Positions 63,853 through 64,000 of a stretch of 64,000 nt of DNA are shown here, piece after piece (the stretch's first letter is position 1; each line of letters opens with the position of its first letter). The notes beneath the pieces were generated by a model that saw only the letters and a program-made list of their open reading frames with translations, searched no databases and was not told the origin of the DNA. Source of the stretch: Eledone cirrhosa (Eukaryota). A program made the position numbers and the translations under genes. Where the stretch lies: assembly GCA_964016885.1 (NCBI GenBank), contig OZ024761.1, positions 2,170,001-2,234,000 on the forward strand. The letters run 5' to 3'.

Positions 63853-64000
63853 ACGCATACACACATATATATATGTATATATATACATTACATACACATA
63901 TGTATATATACATTATTTACTCTTGGGTCCCAAATAATAGGCGGAGAATAAGCAGGGGATGGGGTGGGAAATTGTTAACTTTTCTAGGTTGTTTTTGTTA

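Overview
Repeat-dense, AT-rich animal genomic DNA. The SINE and RTE-LINE families look like those of octopus/coleoid cephalopods; this is an inference from repeat style, not a database match. One host gene is recognisable by eye and is absent from the ORF track: the last three coding exons of mitochondrial RNA polymerase (POLRMT) on the minus strand (60421-60330, 50224-50157, 41524-41475). They splice in phase to ...ICREQFVALHNEPILEELSRHL...NVPQKGEFQLEKILSSTYFFS*. The rest is mobile DNA: a decayed, intron-containing Helitron (Rep-HUH plus Pif1 helicase), a Buster-type hAT transposon with TIRs, a Penelope-like element (PLE) with direct pseudo-LTRs but no visible GIY-YIG domain, a second PLE RT remnant, an internally deleted R4/Dong-like element, many RTE fragments, CORE-type and Meta-type tRNA-derived SINEs, and several minisatellites. 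The most striking unexplained signal is about 20 type-I hammerhead ribozyme motifs. Many sit in short non-coding fold-back elements beside (TA)n tracts. One ~519-nt unit (39481-40545) is circularly permuted and carries a fully paired canonical hammerhead, resembling a retrozyme or circular-RNA mobile element. Several ribozymes lie sense-oriented inside or just downstream of POLRMT. Repeat boundaries were read by eye and are approximate; ribozyme activity is untested.
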